From assembly GCA_051294905.1 (NCBI GenBank), contig CM119372.1, forward strand, positions 10,356,001-10,420,000: a stretch of DNA of 64,000 nucleotides, read 5' to 3'. The position numbers and the translations under genes are program-made. This DNA is from Botryllus schlosseri. Taxonomy: Eukaryota. The notes beneath the pieces are model-generated. The model saw only the letters and a program-made list of their open reading frames with translations. It had not been told where the DNA came from and did not search any database. This document shows, piece after piece, positions 1 to 13,500 of this stretch (its first letter is position 1; each line of letters begins with the position of its first letter).

Positions 1-130
1 CACAGTTGTTACTGCTGGAGCAAACGATGATTCGTATCAGGTTATTGCCTCAATTACAAATGAACTTTTTATAAATTTGCGGCAAGTTCTTTGACTGCCT
101 GCATCGCATACGTGTGTCCCTACACCATAC

Positions 131-253
131 CTGACATAGGGTTGCACTCAATGACGAATTGAGCGGCAGGTTAAGATCCACACACCGTTTCCCCCAATAC
201 TTGATGATAGCAATATTGGATGGAGCGGTAACTTCCACAAACCGATCACTCAT
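131..253 (-). CDS. MVD: Diphosphomevalonate decarboxylase, first coding exon (gene continues off the left edge)
   Basis: ATG at 253 gives [41 protein letters not shown], carrying the MVD N-terminal motif (AP.NIA.IKYWGKR...LP.NSSLS.TL). Donor CAG|GTATGG at 131/130. Confidence 0.93.
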
Positions 254-371
254 TCTTTACTGTCGCAATTCGACGAGTCGACAACGCCAGGGTGCGCCAA
301 CTGAGCCGAGGTGAAGTGCCAGTTTGCACTTTGCAATGCACAAGCTCAAGCACAGCACAATGACCATGGGC

Positions 372-1342
372 CAGAGATGAGCGGATTTGGAATTTCTATG
401 TCCTAACTCCTAATCCAATCCAAATCCGAAGCTTCAAATCCTAATCCAGAACTTTTTCCGATTCAAGTCCATGTCCAATTGTCCAATCCTAATCCGATTC
501 CAACTAGAAATTTAGAAAAAAATATAATTCATGCAAGGCGGAATTGTAATTTTTCCTTTCACAACCAACGATTCTCTTGATTTAAGATAACTTGGCATAG
601 GGCTGCACCTCTTATGTTCATTTGCACCATAGTGTAGGTAGTCACAGTGTACCATGGGGACATTAAAGGGGCACTGCACTCTAAAAATGATGTGGTCTCA
701 AATTGAAGGGCAAAATGAAAGAAAAATTTGGGCCGCAGCCGTTTTCTTCAGAACGCCACCGTAATGGAGCTGTAATGTATTGAAATTTCCAGAGTTGCAG
801 CACGCTCCGGCAGTCACGTAGAGGTCGAACTTTATATAGTTGTCAGCCGATGTTATGAAGGAAATAGAATACACTAGGCCCGATTTTGACATAAATCTCC
901 TGACTGGACATATTCCGTTGAACGCGGTATCCAAACCACCTTGGCGTGTACGACATATTTCCTTCATAACATCGGCTGACAACTATATAAAGTTCGATCT
1001 CTGCGTGACTGCTGGAGCGTGCTGCAACTCTGGAAATTTCAATACATTACAGCTCCATTACGGTGGCGTTCTGAAGAAAACGGCTGTGGCCAAAATTTTT
1101 CTTTCGTTTTGCCCTTCAATTTGAGACCACATCATTTTTAGAGTGCAGTGCCCCTTGACTGATCTGAATAAAGTTTGTCACCATTCGCCACACGACATAT
1201 CAATCTACCAGAAAATCGTTAAATCCAATCCAAATCCTAATCCGTTGAGAGAAAAATCTCTAATCCTAATCCAATCCAAATCCGACGAAATTTCACAAAT
1301 CCTGTTTTTTCAAAACCTAATCCTAATCCATGCTCATCTCTG
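372..1342. mobile_element. Non-autonomous hAT-type MITE immediately upstream of the MVD start
   Basis: TIR CAGAGATGAGC...GCTCATCTCTG, perfect 8-bp TSD CCATGGGC (364-371 / 1343-1350), subterminal AATCC/TAATCC repeats. Confidence 0.85.
667..1155. mobile_element. Foldback MITE with ~200-bp inverted arms, nested in the hAT MITE
   Basis: AGGGGCACTGCACTCTAAAAATGATGTGGTCTCAAATTG at 667 and its reverse complement ending at 1155, with a ~85-bp spacer. TTAA on the left flank only (Kolobok-like, uncertain). Confidence 0.8.
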
Positions 1343-2364
1343 CCATGGGCACGCGATCAGCTGGTCACGCCATAGTGTCCAGCATTGTAGCAGATATACT
1401 CGCAAATGACACGGCTCATTGCATTGGAATAATTTTCTTCATCTGAAACCCCCAAAAGCCTTGACTTTTGTATTGCGACGGATTTGGCATTATGACAGAT
1501 AATTACGTCGAAGAGAAACGATGCCTGTTTAGATTTAGATTAGATTAGATTAGATTTATATTAGATTCAACGAGAGTGACATCTCCAGGAAAAGCAATGC
1601 AGAGAGACAATCCGCAATCGGCGGTGCGGCAATGGGCAATTCTGTACCGGACTTGAGGTTCAAGCCCATGTCATAATCCATGTCCACAATTTGTTATTTA
1701 CCGTGCCCAAGTCCATATCCGTTAATGAATGAAATTGTTTTCAAAAGTCGGAAATGTTGGAATTTGCGTGTCCAAATCCATGTCCAAAAATCGAACACCC
1801 AAATCCGATTCTAGACCCATAGCCTTGGAAAGGCTATATATGCTAGACCGATCAAAATCCTCAAATCCGGTTACCTCAGACTCATATTCAAATCCACGCT
1901 CTTCTCTGTTGTAGTCAAACCCGAGGGGCGAGGACGCTCTGATATCCGGCGTTTAATACCATTCCACACACTGGGGCTCTCCACCTTGACTAAATGCTGG
2001 ACCGTACCTGCCGCACCCAAAACTCCCCAATCGGGGGGGGGGGGGCGAACGCGCTCGAAGGGGGTCCAAAATTATTTCCTGAATTAACATAACATATAGA
2101 GAATTTCTTTGGAAACTTATGCAACGACAGATTTCTTGATTATTGCGTACCCTTCCCCCAACAAAAAATACGCATAATCTATAGAAATGGCCACTTCGAC
2201 TTCAGCCATTACCACGCCACGACGCACCAAGACATATGAAGTTATAGGCCATGTCGCCTAACATGCGACTTCCAGAAGTGTGCCAGAACGATCAGAAGCG
2301 AGAAGACCTTGGCCGAAAAGGACTGCCCTTGTGCTGACCGAAAACTTCGATATATAGCCTAGAC

Positions 2365-3262
2365 CAGGGGTGGGCAACATACGGCCCGCGGGCCGGATCC
2401 GGCCCGCGAAAGGATTTTGTCCGGCCCGCGGACTGTTTTCCGTCTTATATGATAATGTGGCCCGCGGCCTTAGTCTCCCGAGATTCCCCACAACTTGCTT
2501 ACTATGTCCAATTTTAGTGACTGAATGTTATTATATATACGTGTATGCGCAGGGTGCGAGAGTGGAGCTTACGTGTAAGTTCGTCGAAGCAAGAAGGCTT
2601 ACATTATCGGCATTTACGATGTACTCAACACTCAACCCGAATGTCGTTTGTGGTAATCATGGTGTTTGTCGACTACACTGGTCATTTACACCAGACTGAT
2701 ATTTCTTATTTTTGATTCCGTAACTGCCGGCATGTAGCAACGGCACACTTCTAGGCTTTTGTAAGATACCGCTTATGCCAGGGGTTGCTCTTACCGCTTA
2801 TGCCAGGGGTTGCTAACTCAAAACGGGCCACTATTAACATTTCGCAGAGAACGCAGGCCGAATGAATTCAATATCGAGATTAATTGGGCCATACAGTTGA
2901 ACAACGACGCTATCTCGTCACCTATATACTCAACCCTAATGAATTATTTTTTTTTGTAAATTTGGGGTACTGGACTTATCGAACGTCTTGAAATCTTAAT
3001 TAAGGATTGCACCGTTTGTTGATTGATGAGAGAGAACCAGACATGGTGGTGCCTTGCATTCTCAAATCCACATTGTCTTCGTCATTATTGGCTAAAATGG
3101 CGGTGAAGTTACGTTGCTGTCGTTAAAATACATTCATTAAATACGATTTATTCCTTGTATATGTGGATAAATGAGCGAATAAATCTCGATTAAGCAATCC
3201 GGCCCCCAAGTACTTAATTTTCCTATATCCGGCCCGCGGACTGGAGAAGTTGCCCTCCCCTG
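2365..3262. mobile_element. Charlie/Buster-type hAT MITE
   Basis: TIR CAGGGGTGGGCAAC...GTTGCCCTCCCCTG, GGCCCGCG subterminal motifs, perfect TSD GCCTAGAC. Splits an older repeat (~2000-3480) whose uninterrupted copy lies at ~14670-15210. Confidence 0.85.
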
Positions 3263-3549
3263 GCCTAGACTCTTAGACATGTTTAATTGTCCAATGTCCA
3301 TAGACGCCTAAATGCCTTGCGCCTAATGTTACTGTCCTGACGATCTGATCCCCACGAGACAAATGCTATCCCGCAGGAAAAAATTATTTGCCAGTTAATA
3401 TTTGCCAGTGCGTCTTTTACTTTGGTAAGTTGGGGCGATTTCAATATCTTTTTGGCATAGCAGATAGGACTGGTTCTCAACCATTTTCCAACCACGTACC
3501 ATTTCGAAGTTTTATGCAGCTCTCGCGTAGGCCTACCACCTACACAAGT

Positions 3550-4260
3550 CAGTCAATCAATCAGTTTATTAACATTTTCTTCATTTCAAAACATCACAAG
3601 ACTGTGATACAATGAAAAGATAGGAGGGTGTCGAAACAACTTGGAGTAGCCTTTAAGATCAGCCTAGGCGAAGAAAAAAAGAGGCATGCACACTGAATTA
3701 AAAGTAATGCAGAGAATATAAGACGCAAGCGACAAAATGAGGTGGCATATCGCGGAGGGCGAGGTCGATGTTAGGTCGTGGTCCGGCAGTCCTGAAGGCT
3801 GGCTAGTAGGCCTATTCATTTAGAATAAATTGCTTGTATTTCGACTTGAATGCGGACATGCTCGACGACTGTCGGATAGCCGGCGAGATGCTGTTCCACA
3901 ATTGGGGTAGGCCTACGGCATACCTGACAGAGCAATGCGTTTTCTTGTATTCCGTCCTGATCATATGGTAGTTGTTCTTTGTTGACGCGCGTGTGTTGTA
4001 GCCTACTGTGCGCTTTTGACTCCGAGGATAAGTAGTCGTTGAAATTTGAGGGACATTGACGCGTGCCGAAGGCGGTCAAAAATGATTCCACCGTGTTGAG
4101 CTGCCGAAGGCAGTGAAACAGAAGTTAAACTGCCCATTTTAAGGCGCAGTATATGATTTCTGCAGTGGATCCATTTGGAATTCTTTTGGTCAAACATATT
4201 TAAATTGAATTTGGTTATGTAAGAATCCCAATGTATTGCTACTGAATCTCTTCCCCGTAG
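3550..4260 (-). mobile_element. Degenerate 3' end of an L2/CR1-group LINE
   Basis: Similar to copies at ~17390-17700 and ~48040-49160 and to shorter tails at ~7620-7750, ~14500-14560 and ~26920-27060. Decayed ORF2 C-terminus plus 3' UTR ending in short TTGA(A) repeats. Confidence 0.6.
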
Positions 4261-6104
4261 GCCATCATTGGTGGGATTGCTGCTATCCACGACGACGACG
4301 GCTTCAAAAAACTCAAACTCAACCACACCTGAACTAATAACTCCCTTCAGTCGAAAAAATATATATAATCTACTCGTGTACCACCAGTGGTACGCGTACC
4401 ACAGGTTGGGAGCAATTGAGATAGGAGGTCACGAAAAGGCGTCTTGTAACGAAGTAATTATACCGACGGGTCCGCCCGAAGATGTTTAATTATTATTTAG
4501 GGGTCCTAACCTTTTCCAACACATCACTCCCAGCTCTATCGGTAAATCTGATTACGTGATTAGCGAAGGGATAAAAAAATTGATAGCAATATGCAATTCC
4601 CGATCATATTGACCGATTCACTCATGAATTATAGAAATTTTTCGCGCTTCACGTGTTTGGGCGATATCAGCTATCTCACTAAACTGTAGCCTACACACAG
4701 TGTATATGATAATAGTAGCAGCAAGAAGCGTATAGGCCAGAAGTTCGGTTTATCACCCTAAGTTTTGACTTTTTGAAAGCGTCCTCGGTGAACGCCTAAA
4801 TGTCCTCTTTTTCGATATTTTGTCCTCTTGTTTGAGAGTATTGCTTAAATACAGGGCCAAATTCGACTGAAATACCGTAAATCGGCACTGAAGTAACGCT
4901 TCGGGAGCTGAGCCGGTAAATTGACTTTTTTTAGTCAACCACCGGAGAATGTGGAAGAAAAACTGTCGAGCGGGAACGTTGACCCTTTTTTTAGTCAACC
5001 GGCCACAAAGGGGGAAAAATTCACCATTTTTTCAGGTTTTACTACCGGTTTTGCAAGTCTGAAAATTTGTAAAAAATGTCCTCTTTACACATTTCCAAAA
5101 TATAACCCTACCCTATGGGGGCCCAAGACCAACGTTTTTTTTTTTTGGGAGGGGGCTAATGAAGTACTGTTACGGTCCTGGCTAAATGTTAATTCGGGCC
5201 TACTTTGGATACGCATTTGCGTCTTGTGCATTGTAGGCTACTTATACGGCGTGAAGGTACATATAGTCGTGAAGATGTTTAACGCATTGGAGGATCAATT
5301 TTCTTTTTAAACGTAACATCATTTGCTGGTTACGCCAAAATATATCCATTGCCCAACATTATAGCTGACGATTTCGCATTCCAACGATTTTCATTCTACC
5401 ACAACCCAAAGTTACTCAACTTTGGCCACAACATGCATAAGCGCCTCAGCGGTTATAGTTGGCGGCAGATTCAAATTGAGCAAAGAATTGCGAAATAACG
5501 ATGGGTGCCCGTTGCAAGTAGAGCCATAGGTAAATAAGATAAAGTGAACTATGTGAACATGAAGTTCTACCATAACGAATAGCGTTTCTCGTAGTTGAAC
5601 ATGAACAATGTATACCTGCAACCGTTCTATTACAGATACTGCGAGATGCCGTCATGCAATGACGCGCACAGCTAATACTTGTGATGTACCTATATGAATA
5701 ACCTGATATCACGCACTATTCCGTGTTCACCCACGTTCAGTTATCTCACGGTCCTCGTAAAGTACAAATTTGAATAACCAATCTTTTTACAGAGAATTGA
5801 CCTGATGTGAAGCAATGCGTTACGATAACTTCAGGTTATTTTCGAGTGTAATTGATTGCGGTCACGCTTATATTTGAAAATCCTCTCCTCGTCAATCGAT
5901 TACGGCAATCGGTAAACGTTTATTGCATAATGTAGAAGAGACAATCAATACAACACCATGAGTAATCATTGTATGTCAATTATAAACATTTAGCCTAATA
6001 CACAGCTTCGGTCGAATATTAACAACCGAATAGTTGGGCAATAATTAGGAAACTCAAAATGTAACGATGTGCCTTCGACTTCCGATTATGGTGTGCCTTC
6101 AGAC

Positions 6105-6388
6105 CAGTGGTTCTCAACCTTTTAGACCTCGCGGCACCCTTTGAAAGGGAAAAATAGTTCGCGGCAGCCGTGCACTTCGAGTACCCTGAGTGGCGAGGTA
6201 TCGTAGTAATACACGTTGCAACGCTGCAATACCAACGGGCTGCGGGTCCGAGTCCGGAGTCCGAATTCTAGATATCCTTGGTACGTGTCATGAGCGGATA
6301 AAAATAATAGAACCGTCAACTATGCCATTCTCAGAATTTGCTTGCTGTTTATTACATTCTCTCGCGGCGCACCGGTTGAGAACCACTT
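6105..6388. mobile_element. hAT-type MITE
   Basis: TIR CAGTGGTTCTCAACC...GGTTGAGAACCACTT; TSD CTTCAGAC/CTTTAGAC. Confidence 0.75.
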
Positions 6389-7237
6389 CTTTAGACTAAG
6401 ATTTTTCCATGGTGATTACGATAATATCAGAAAGTCGAAAAATTGCGTACTGTAGAAACTCAAGCGTTCGTCGTTACGTGGGTGAGTTGACGCAGTTGGT
6501 AAATGCATCGCCATCGAGGCGAGAGACCCGGTACCATATGTACTACAAACATAAATATAAATCATAACTAATTTTTTTTATTATATATATATTATATATG
6601 TCTCTATCCAATACCGGATTCGAAATTTCACAGAGATGTAACCTACCAGTAACGTGAAGCATTGATGAAGTATTATGGGTAGGGTTGCATTTAAAACAAA
6701 TGGTTGTTTAAAATACTTTGTTTAAAACATGTTTTAAACAGTGTTTTGAACAAAGGCCTTTTTTAAATCGTGTTTTTTTAGTTGAATAATTGCGCCATAA
6801 TCATGTAAATACTTTCCAAAAACATGTTGCATGAGCCTGCAGACGACGATTATCACTCGATATAGCCGACGTATACGATATGGGATGGGTGGTACGTAGA
6901 TAGATCATTATGGTACGGATGAATGTTCAGATGATGATTACCGCCAACCGTACAAATGCTGCAAGACGATGTAGTCCTGGTTAAAGATATTTTTGGTCCG
7001 TATATGACAGGGGTTCGAAGCCTATTTCGTCAAATGAGCTATATTTACCCTTATGTTCAATTGTGAATATCAATCCACTATGACGTCACAATTGAATATG
7101 CGTGATGTAATGGCTTGGAAAATAAAACTATAAAATTCATGTTAACAAGGGGCTTGTTTTAAGCATGTTTGTTTTAAATTTATTTTTGTATGAGTAGTAT
7201 TTGGTGGATGAACTTTACTCCGTTGGGACCAGTTGGA

Positions 7238-10200
7238 CTAGCTGACATGAAGAGTTTTGATTAACACCGATACACTGGTGTGCGGAGGAGGTATGTCGAC
7301 AAAAGGTTTGCGACCAGTTGCTCCGTCTACGTATGTGGCGTAAGGCACTTCCTTCACTTTGACATATCCGGCCTTCTCTACGCTTCGGCGGGTGTAACAA
7401 TTCGTGCAGGTTGCTTTCATTATCTCGCAACCATTCTCTCGAGCTAATTCTTCCGACCTGAAAATAGAATCACCAGACTGATTTATAAAAGTTTTATTTT
7501 TGGCCGAATTTGCGAATTTGGGAATGTTATAGTTTATAGATCACTGCCATACTCATCCTAAATTGTGAATTGCAGTGCATAATGCTACTGTCATCAGGCT
7601 GCATAACAATGTAGTTAGATCATCATTTTATTAATAGGCTACACCACAAGACTGCGATATAAAGAAAAGATAGGAGGGTGTCTTTTAATCAGACACCCAC
7701 CTTGGCCTACAGCATGTAAATAAGAGGTATGCACAGTGCACACTGCACAGTGAATTTTAGAAATGACTCTTTTGAAGGGCCTTTTTAGGATGTTTGAAAT
7801 ATGGTCTTCAGTCGATTTTTGATCAAGTCATCAGTGTTGGGATCAAGTCACTACCTTCAAGTCACGAGTCATCTCGAGTCATTGCACATTTAGACTCAAG
7901 TCAAGTCAAGTCAATCGATTTTCGAAGGTGACTCGAGTCAAGTCAAGTCACTCGTTTTTTGGAGGTGACTCGAGTCAAGTCGAGTCAAGTCAAGTCAAGT
8001 CACGAGTCAAGTCACAATTCGAGTCAAATTGAATTTTCGAAGTATGAGTGATGATTCAAAGTCATTACATTTTGCTAGCTGTGTGAATGACAGATTGATT
8101 GGTCAAATATCTCGAATCAATTAAAGAGTATCAAGTTAAATATACGTGCAAAAAGGCGTTGTATCGCTCACGCACGCTGAGAGCTAAAATACGTGAGCCA
8201 AAATTGAGGATCGGGTACGAGGCGCCGAGAAGTTCAAACAAATTGATATGGTACATTACACTACCCATCCACTCATCCGTGAGATTATAAACGCATAAAC
8301 TATATTCGTTCGATTCAAATCATACAAGAGGGTTGGCTAAGGTGGGCACTTCGCGATGCAAGCACTGAACCGTCTAACAAACAGAGATACGTTGCTATTA
8401 GATTATTCTACAGCTAGTACATAAACATAAGCTGTTATCATTTCGTTTTCGGTCAATTTATATGTGATGTAGCAATGGAGGATCTGTGAAAATTACAATC
8501 AGTGAATGACTGATTGCTCTCACAAGTCACACCGGCGTATCGCGAACAATCCGAACATAAAAAGATGCAGCGATTTAATCGACACCGTTTACTAGATGAC
8601 TTGAAATTGACTCGTGAATTTTGCTCCGAGTCACGAGTCAATCAAGTCAAGTCATTTTTGCAAAGTGACTCGAGTCAAGTCAAGTCATGCGAAAAAGTTG
8701 ACTCGAGTCTGACTCGAGTCAAGTCATGACTCGAGTCATTCCAACACTGCAAGTCATCATACTCGCATGGAGTTGAGTTTAAGTTAAGCACTGTGTCAAA
8801 AACACAAGAAAAACAAACAAACAAATTGTTTCTGATGAATATTCATTCCGCGTTTTGGAATCTGATTAGGATACAATTCATTCAGTGCTTCCGGCCTGAC
8901 ATGACGATGCAGTGTATTCGCAGGTTAAGCACCAGCGTCACGACACCAATGGCAGTGGTTCGAATCCTGGTTCGGACCAACTTCTATGTGTCGGAGGTTT
9001 CTCTGGGCTTCTCAACGTCGACCTCATTGCAGTTGCAGTGCATTAAAAAGCTCAGATTAAAAGTGAGACGTGCTAGAAGTCGGCAGCAAAGACAACGATG
9101 GGGACGCATGGGAGCGAGAGAGACCGTCTGAGTGAGGGAAGTCGTCCTCAACAATACGAAAGGCAAAGAATTATGAACATTTCAAATATTCGTGTCGTGG
9201 CGCACAAAGCCTGAAAAAGGCGATAAGCGCCACTGCAAATGTGCCATTAATAATAATAATAATAACTATCGAATGTAACATTCGATACTATACGCTCCAC
9301 AACATCAGGCATTTTGGGAATATTAATATCTCTTCGAAATTTATGTGGTCCTGCAATCGTACCCGTCTTACGAAATTGCTGTACGATACCGCACTGGCAC
9401 GTTACGAAAAAAATCTCGTGGTACGAGTTATAATTGCTCCTACCGTACCATATAGTCATAAACATAAAGCATGTTAGATTGAATATGCTCATTGCTCACC
9501 GCTTATAAAGTTCAGTGGCGATACCTCGTCTGGCGTATGCTTGATTTACGATCACGAACACATGCTGCATACAGTTCTTTTTACATAGGTAATCCTCCAA
9601 ACCTTCATTCGCATATTCAAGAATCTAAAAGATTGAACCTTTTTTTTCTGTCTTCTAGCGGAATCCTTGTACAATATAAAATTTCTCAAGATGCAAACAT
9701 ACAAACCCGGTGCACAACCAATTGCTTTTCCGTGTGCATGCTGTCATTATCTTCATATGGTAGGCAATGATCGTTCTTCCCGAGCATATTTATTCTAATC
9801 GCACAGAGATTTCCGTTGGTACCATCGAACACTCCAATACTGACTCCTTGCCACAACGAATTCTAAGGATGTATGAGATGTCTCAATCGAACATATTCAG
9901 ACGCCAAGGCGTATTTCAAATTCGAACGAACGTACTTATAAATTACTTCAAATTTGGAGCAACCTACTTATATGTCACCCATCATTCTATTTCCCTAGAT
10001 GACAATTTACAATAATAATACAAGGATCAACAATTCTTTAATAAGCTAATAGCTCTAAAATAGATTTATGACTAACACCACGGCTAGCAAATGATTTGTG
10101 ACCGTCAGGAATTTAATCGAGTGGATGTGATGTCACAAATAGTTGTTGAATGTGTGGCAATTTTGACGGAAGCGTGGCGGTATAACTCATGAATCACAAA

Positions 10201-10576
10201 TACGTAAATTTAGTCCAAGCATGTCTAAATTACGAACAATGCTATTGAGCAACATTGTCGGAACTCGGAAGCTTTATAGAAACTCTTGGAACTAATAATC
10301 GAACCCCCGCCCATTTATGTTTGTTGACATATTATTGTAATTAACTATATAACTTCTTAATATTATACCATTCGTAATTCGCGGATTTGAACGAAAGTTA
10401 CGTGCCTAGATTACCTTGATTATAACACTAGGAAACGCATGTTCTTCTTCGGCCCGAACGTTAGCAGCAACCAGTGCTGGCTCCACAGGAATGAAGTGAT
10501 CTTGCACGAATCTTACAACTTCAGATTCATCATTGCTAGTCAAAATTCTATACGTCAAATTAGAATTCGAAGCCAT
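7238..10576 (-). CDS. GNAT-family N-acetyltransferase, insect-type arylalkylamine (dopamine) N-acetyltransferase-like; 4 exons, 220 aa
   Basis: Exons 10576-10415 (MASNSNLTYRILTSNDESEVVRFVQDHFIPVEPALVAANVRAEEEHAFPSVIIK), 9862-9707 (NSLWQGVSIGVFDGTNGNLCAIRINMLGK...VVHR), 9624-9500 (ILEYANEGLEDYLCKKNCMQHVFVIVNQAYARRGIATELYK) and 7457-7238 (RSEELARENGCEIMKATCTNCYTRRSVEKAGYVKVKEVPYATYVDGATGRKPFVDIPPPHTSVSVLIKTLHVS*). All introns are GT-AG with consistent phases (0,0,2). Acetyl-CoA motif A (V...Y.RRGIA), HF.P.EP and C-terminal PY..Y.D...PPPH match the iaaNAT pattern. Confidence 0.88.
7832..8749. mobile_element. ~0.95-kb hAT-type MITE, family A (CAGTGTTGG termini, GACTCGAGTC/AAGTC subterminal arrays), in intron 3 of the acetyltransferase
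   Basis: TIR CAGTGTTGG...CCAACACTG; perfect TSD CAAGTCAT; homologous to 51561-52509, 53290-54278, 59639-60598 and 62988-63360. Confidence 0.88.
8890..9268 (+). mobile_element. tRNA-derived SINE with (TAA)n tail
   Basis: B-box GGTTCGAATCC at ~8957 and (ATA)n tail at ~9248-9264. Related diverged copy on the minus strand at ~49170-49455. Confidence 0.6.
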
Positions 10577-13500
10577 AAGCAATAGCGAACTCTAAATATG
10601 AATGACATAAAGCTTAAAATCCTCCATGTCAACAGTTAACAAAGCTTGTTAAATAATAATTTTGTGATTAAATTAGAACCTATACCTATATTAGAACCTT
10701 CGTGAGGACTGCTGAGACATATCGCTCTGACTTGCGAGTTCCATACCAGTGGTACCAACATGTTGATGTCGACGTAGAAAGATAAGGGAGGGTCTATATA
10801 TTATGACACGACGTCGCGGATAAATTGTGAATTGTAACATATAGCGACCAACTGTTAGCGTCATAAATTCCTGCTATCGGGAGTTGATGGTATACACAGG
10901 AATATTAGTTTGGACTGAATGAATTTGTTCGTCATGCTCAACTATATGTTCCAGTTCGAGAATCATGGCGCTATCCTTGCCATTGTACCGGATACAAATG
11001 AATACAAACGAATAGAATAGATAGACAGACCTCTTTGAAAGTGACTGGACACTGGACACTGGACAGTAGACACTCTTTATCATGATCGTGGATAGTGATA
11101 ACTACAACGTGAGGCTATTCTCGTTCGACCGCTCGCACGGCGGACGCTCTCACAACTGTCGGTCGGCAGATCGTTTTGAATGCATGCGGATCGCGAGCAT
11201 AGGCTATGTAGTAGGTACAGAGTGATCGATCGAAGTATGCCGTATGCGCATGCGCAATCTATAATGTGAAGTACCCTCCAAATAACAATATCCCGTGGTT
11301 CAATATACAGAAGGGCTTCATTTACGTCGGTGTTGCCAACGCGAATTCCGAAATTGAAACCCATGTGATAGAATTTGGACCAGGTTCGCCAAGAACTACT
11401 GCACTATACTATCACACAAACATGCCGAGCAGACAGGAATGAGGGTCGTCTTTGGCTTAGAAATATCTGCGACGAGTTCGACCCGACTGGCCGAGTAACT
11501 CAATTCGGGTGCCTCACGGCGCGGCTAGTATAAAGCTCTGGGTTGTTTCGAAGTCCCACCTGCATTCTGTATCTGTTACCTATAGGTCAATCCGCCATCC
11601 GCGTACCTGATTTCGTATCACAAGAACAAATCACCTCTACTCGAGGTCAAACAGATAAAAACATATGATATAGCTATCAGTTTATCGTAACCAAGATTGA
11701 CAACTAGTGTGAACCTCGAAATCCTAAAGTGATAAGACCAAAAGAGCACTTGAGTAACTGCGCGAATCAAACGACGGTAAAAATCAATATTAGGTTATCA
11801 CGTATTATTAAAGGCGAAAGCTGTGCAGTGCATAATGTTCATTACTGTGCGACAGGGAATAATTAGATGCAATCGTGAGAGCGTTAGACTTATATACTCC
11901 ACCAAACGTGAACTTATCTTTGTGCCACAAAATAAGCAAGTCGTACCCCCTATGTCAGTAAATCGATATCTTTAAAAGTTTAGATCACATTTTATCGGTA
12001 TATCTGATTTTCACAGACGGTTCTCATTCATGATTGCGACAGGGTGTGGAATGTGGATATGACTTTGATATTCCCAATAATAAGACGTCCTCTGCCAATT
12101 CTTTGTCATCCTATTATTAGGCCTGTTCAGCGAAACTAATGACCCATCGTTCAAGTTCCCTATCTTGGACATCGAATAATATCCAAGGAAGAGTCGCCAT
12201 ACTTGGCGATATATTGCACAATGCACATGGATGGCAAATTTCAATTACGCTCCTCCTTTCCAAATCACCGAGATAGTTGAGAAGATTCACCAAATCAAAG
12301 AACAATGGATGTGGCAATGGCGTATTCAACGCAATGAAACCGCCGACCAACTTGCAAGAAACGCTGTTTCATCAGCATAACAGACAGCATTGCCGTAGCG
12401 GATGTAAACTAGCTCCTTATATGAACAATGAACATGTGCAAAAACAATTGACATAGACTGTGCGAGTGGTGTGCGTACAGGACAAGTGAAGCCGGAAGTC
12501 ATTACTAGTCTAGACGCACGATTTACGATAGTTTGCTGTGCCTAATCTCAAGCAAATAGTAATTCGAGTAGTAAATCGAGCAATTGCCGACTCAATAATC
12601 GGATGTAGTGACTCTCTTTTGTGTGAGCAATGTTTATTATCCGATACCGTCAAACAGTGCTCTTGGTATGCAAGGCAACGCGTGGAAATGAAGCCCCTCT
12701 GTCCATAATAATTCTCCTTTATTCATCAACTGTGATAATTGCTCCTGTCCTGGGTGGCTCGGCTCTGGAGACTCTGTTATATCATCATATCGAGCCTCCC
12801 GTCTACCTCGCATGTCGCATGTCTAGTGTTACATTTTTGTTGCGCGATGTTTATATGTAATGTAGACGAATAAAGATTCTTACAAGTAAATGCTGGAGCA
12901 TATCATTGAATTCGTCCGCAAAACATGACACATTTTTTATTATTTAATGTATATTGTAGTTCACTATCGCCTGTCGAGTACTTTTAACGCGAGAACTGCG
13001 AAATACTCGGAGACTCATTTGTAACCCTGAACGTCATATTCTCTCTAAATATGTTTCGTGTTTGAGTATATGTGGATTAAAGAACTCGCAAACCGCAGTA
13101 CAGGACTTACATGTAGGTTACGTAGCCAGCAAAGCTGATCGAATATATATCGGTCAGCAACTTTGCTACTACAGGAATACCGTCAAGTTCCGCTACTGTT
13201 GCAATATACCCAATATGCAAATGAATACTCATACTGATGTATGTTTAGAATTTAGATAATACTAATCATTTAACTATGGTTTGGTATCGCTCTGACGCTG
13301 TATTTGTTTCGTTCTGTCTGTCTTATTCAGTCAGTACTAATGGGCGGGATATAATATGTATGTTGTTGTTGTGATGCAAAAGACTATAATGCGAGAAGCC
13401 TCACTATGTTTTATTTTAATTTTTAAACAACAATAATAACTAAAGTTACATTATCCTTCCCTGTCGTATATATCTAACAGTCCAACTGATACAGCTCTCA

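Noticed and set aside
698..1124. Two 94-aa ORFs on opposite strands with near-identical translations
   Set aside because: Artefact of the palindromic foldback MITE; non-ATG starts and no protein family resemblance.
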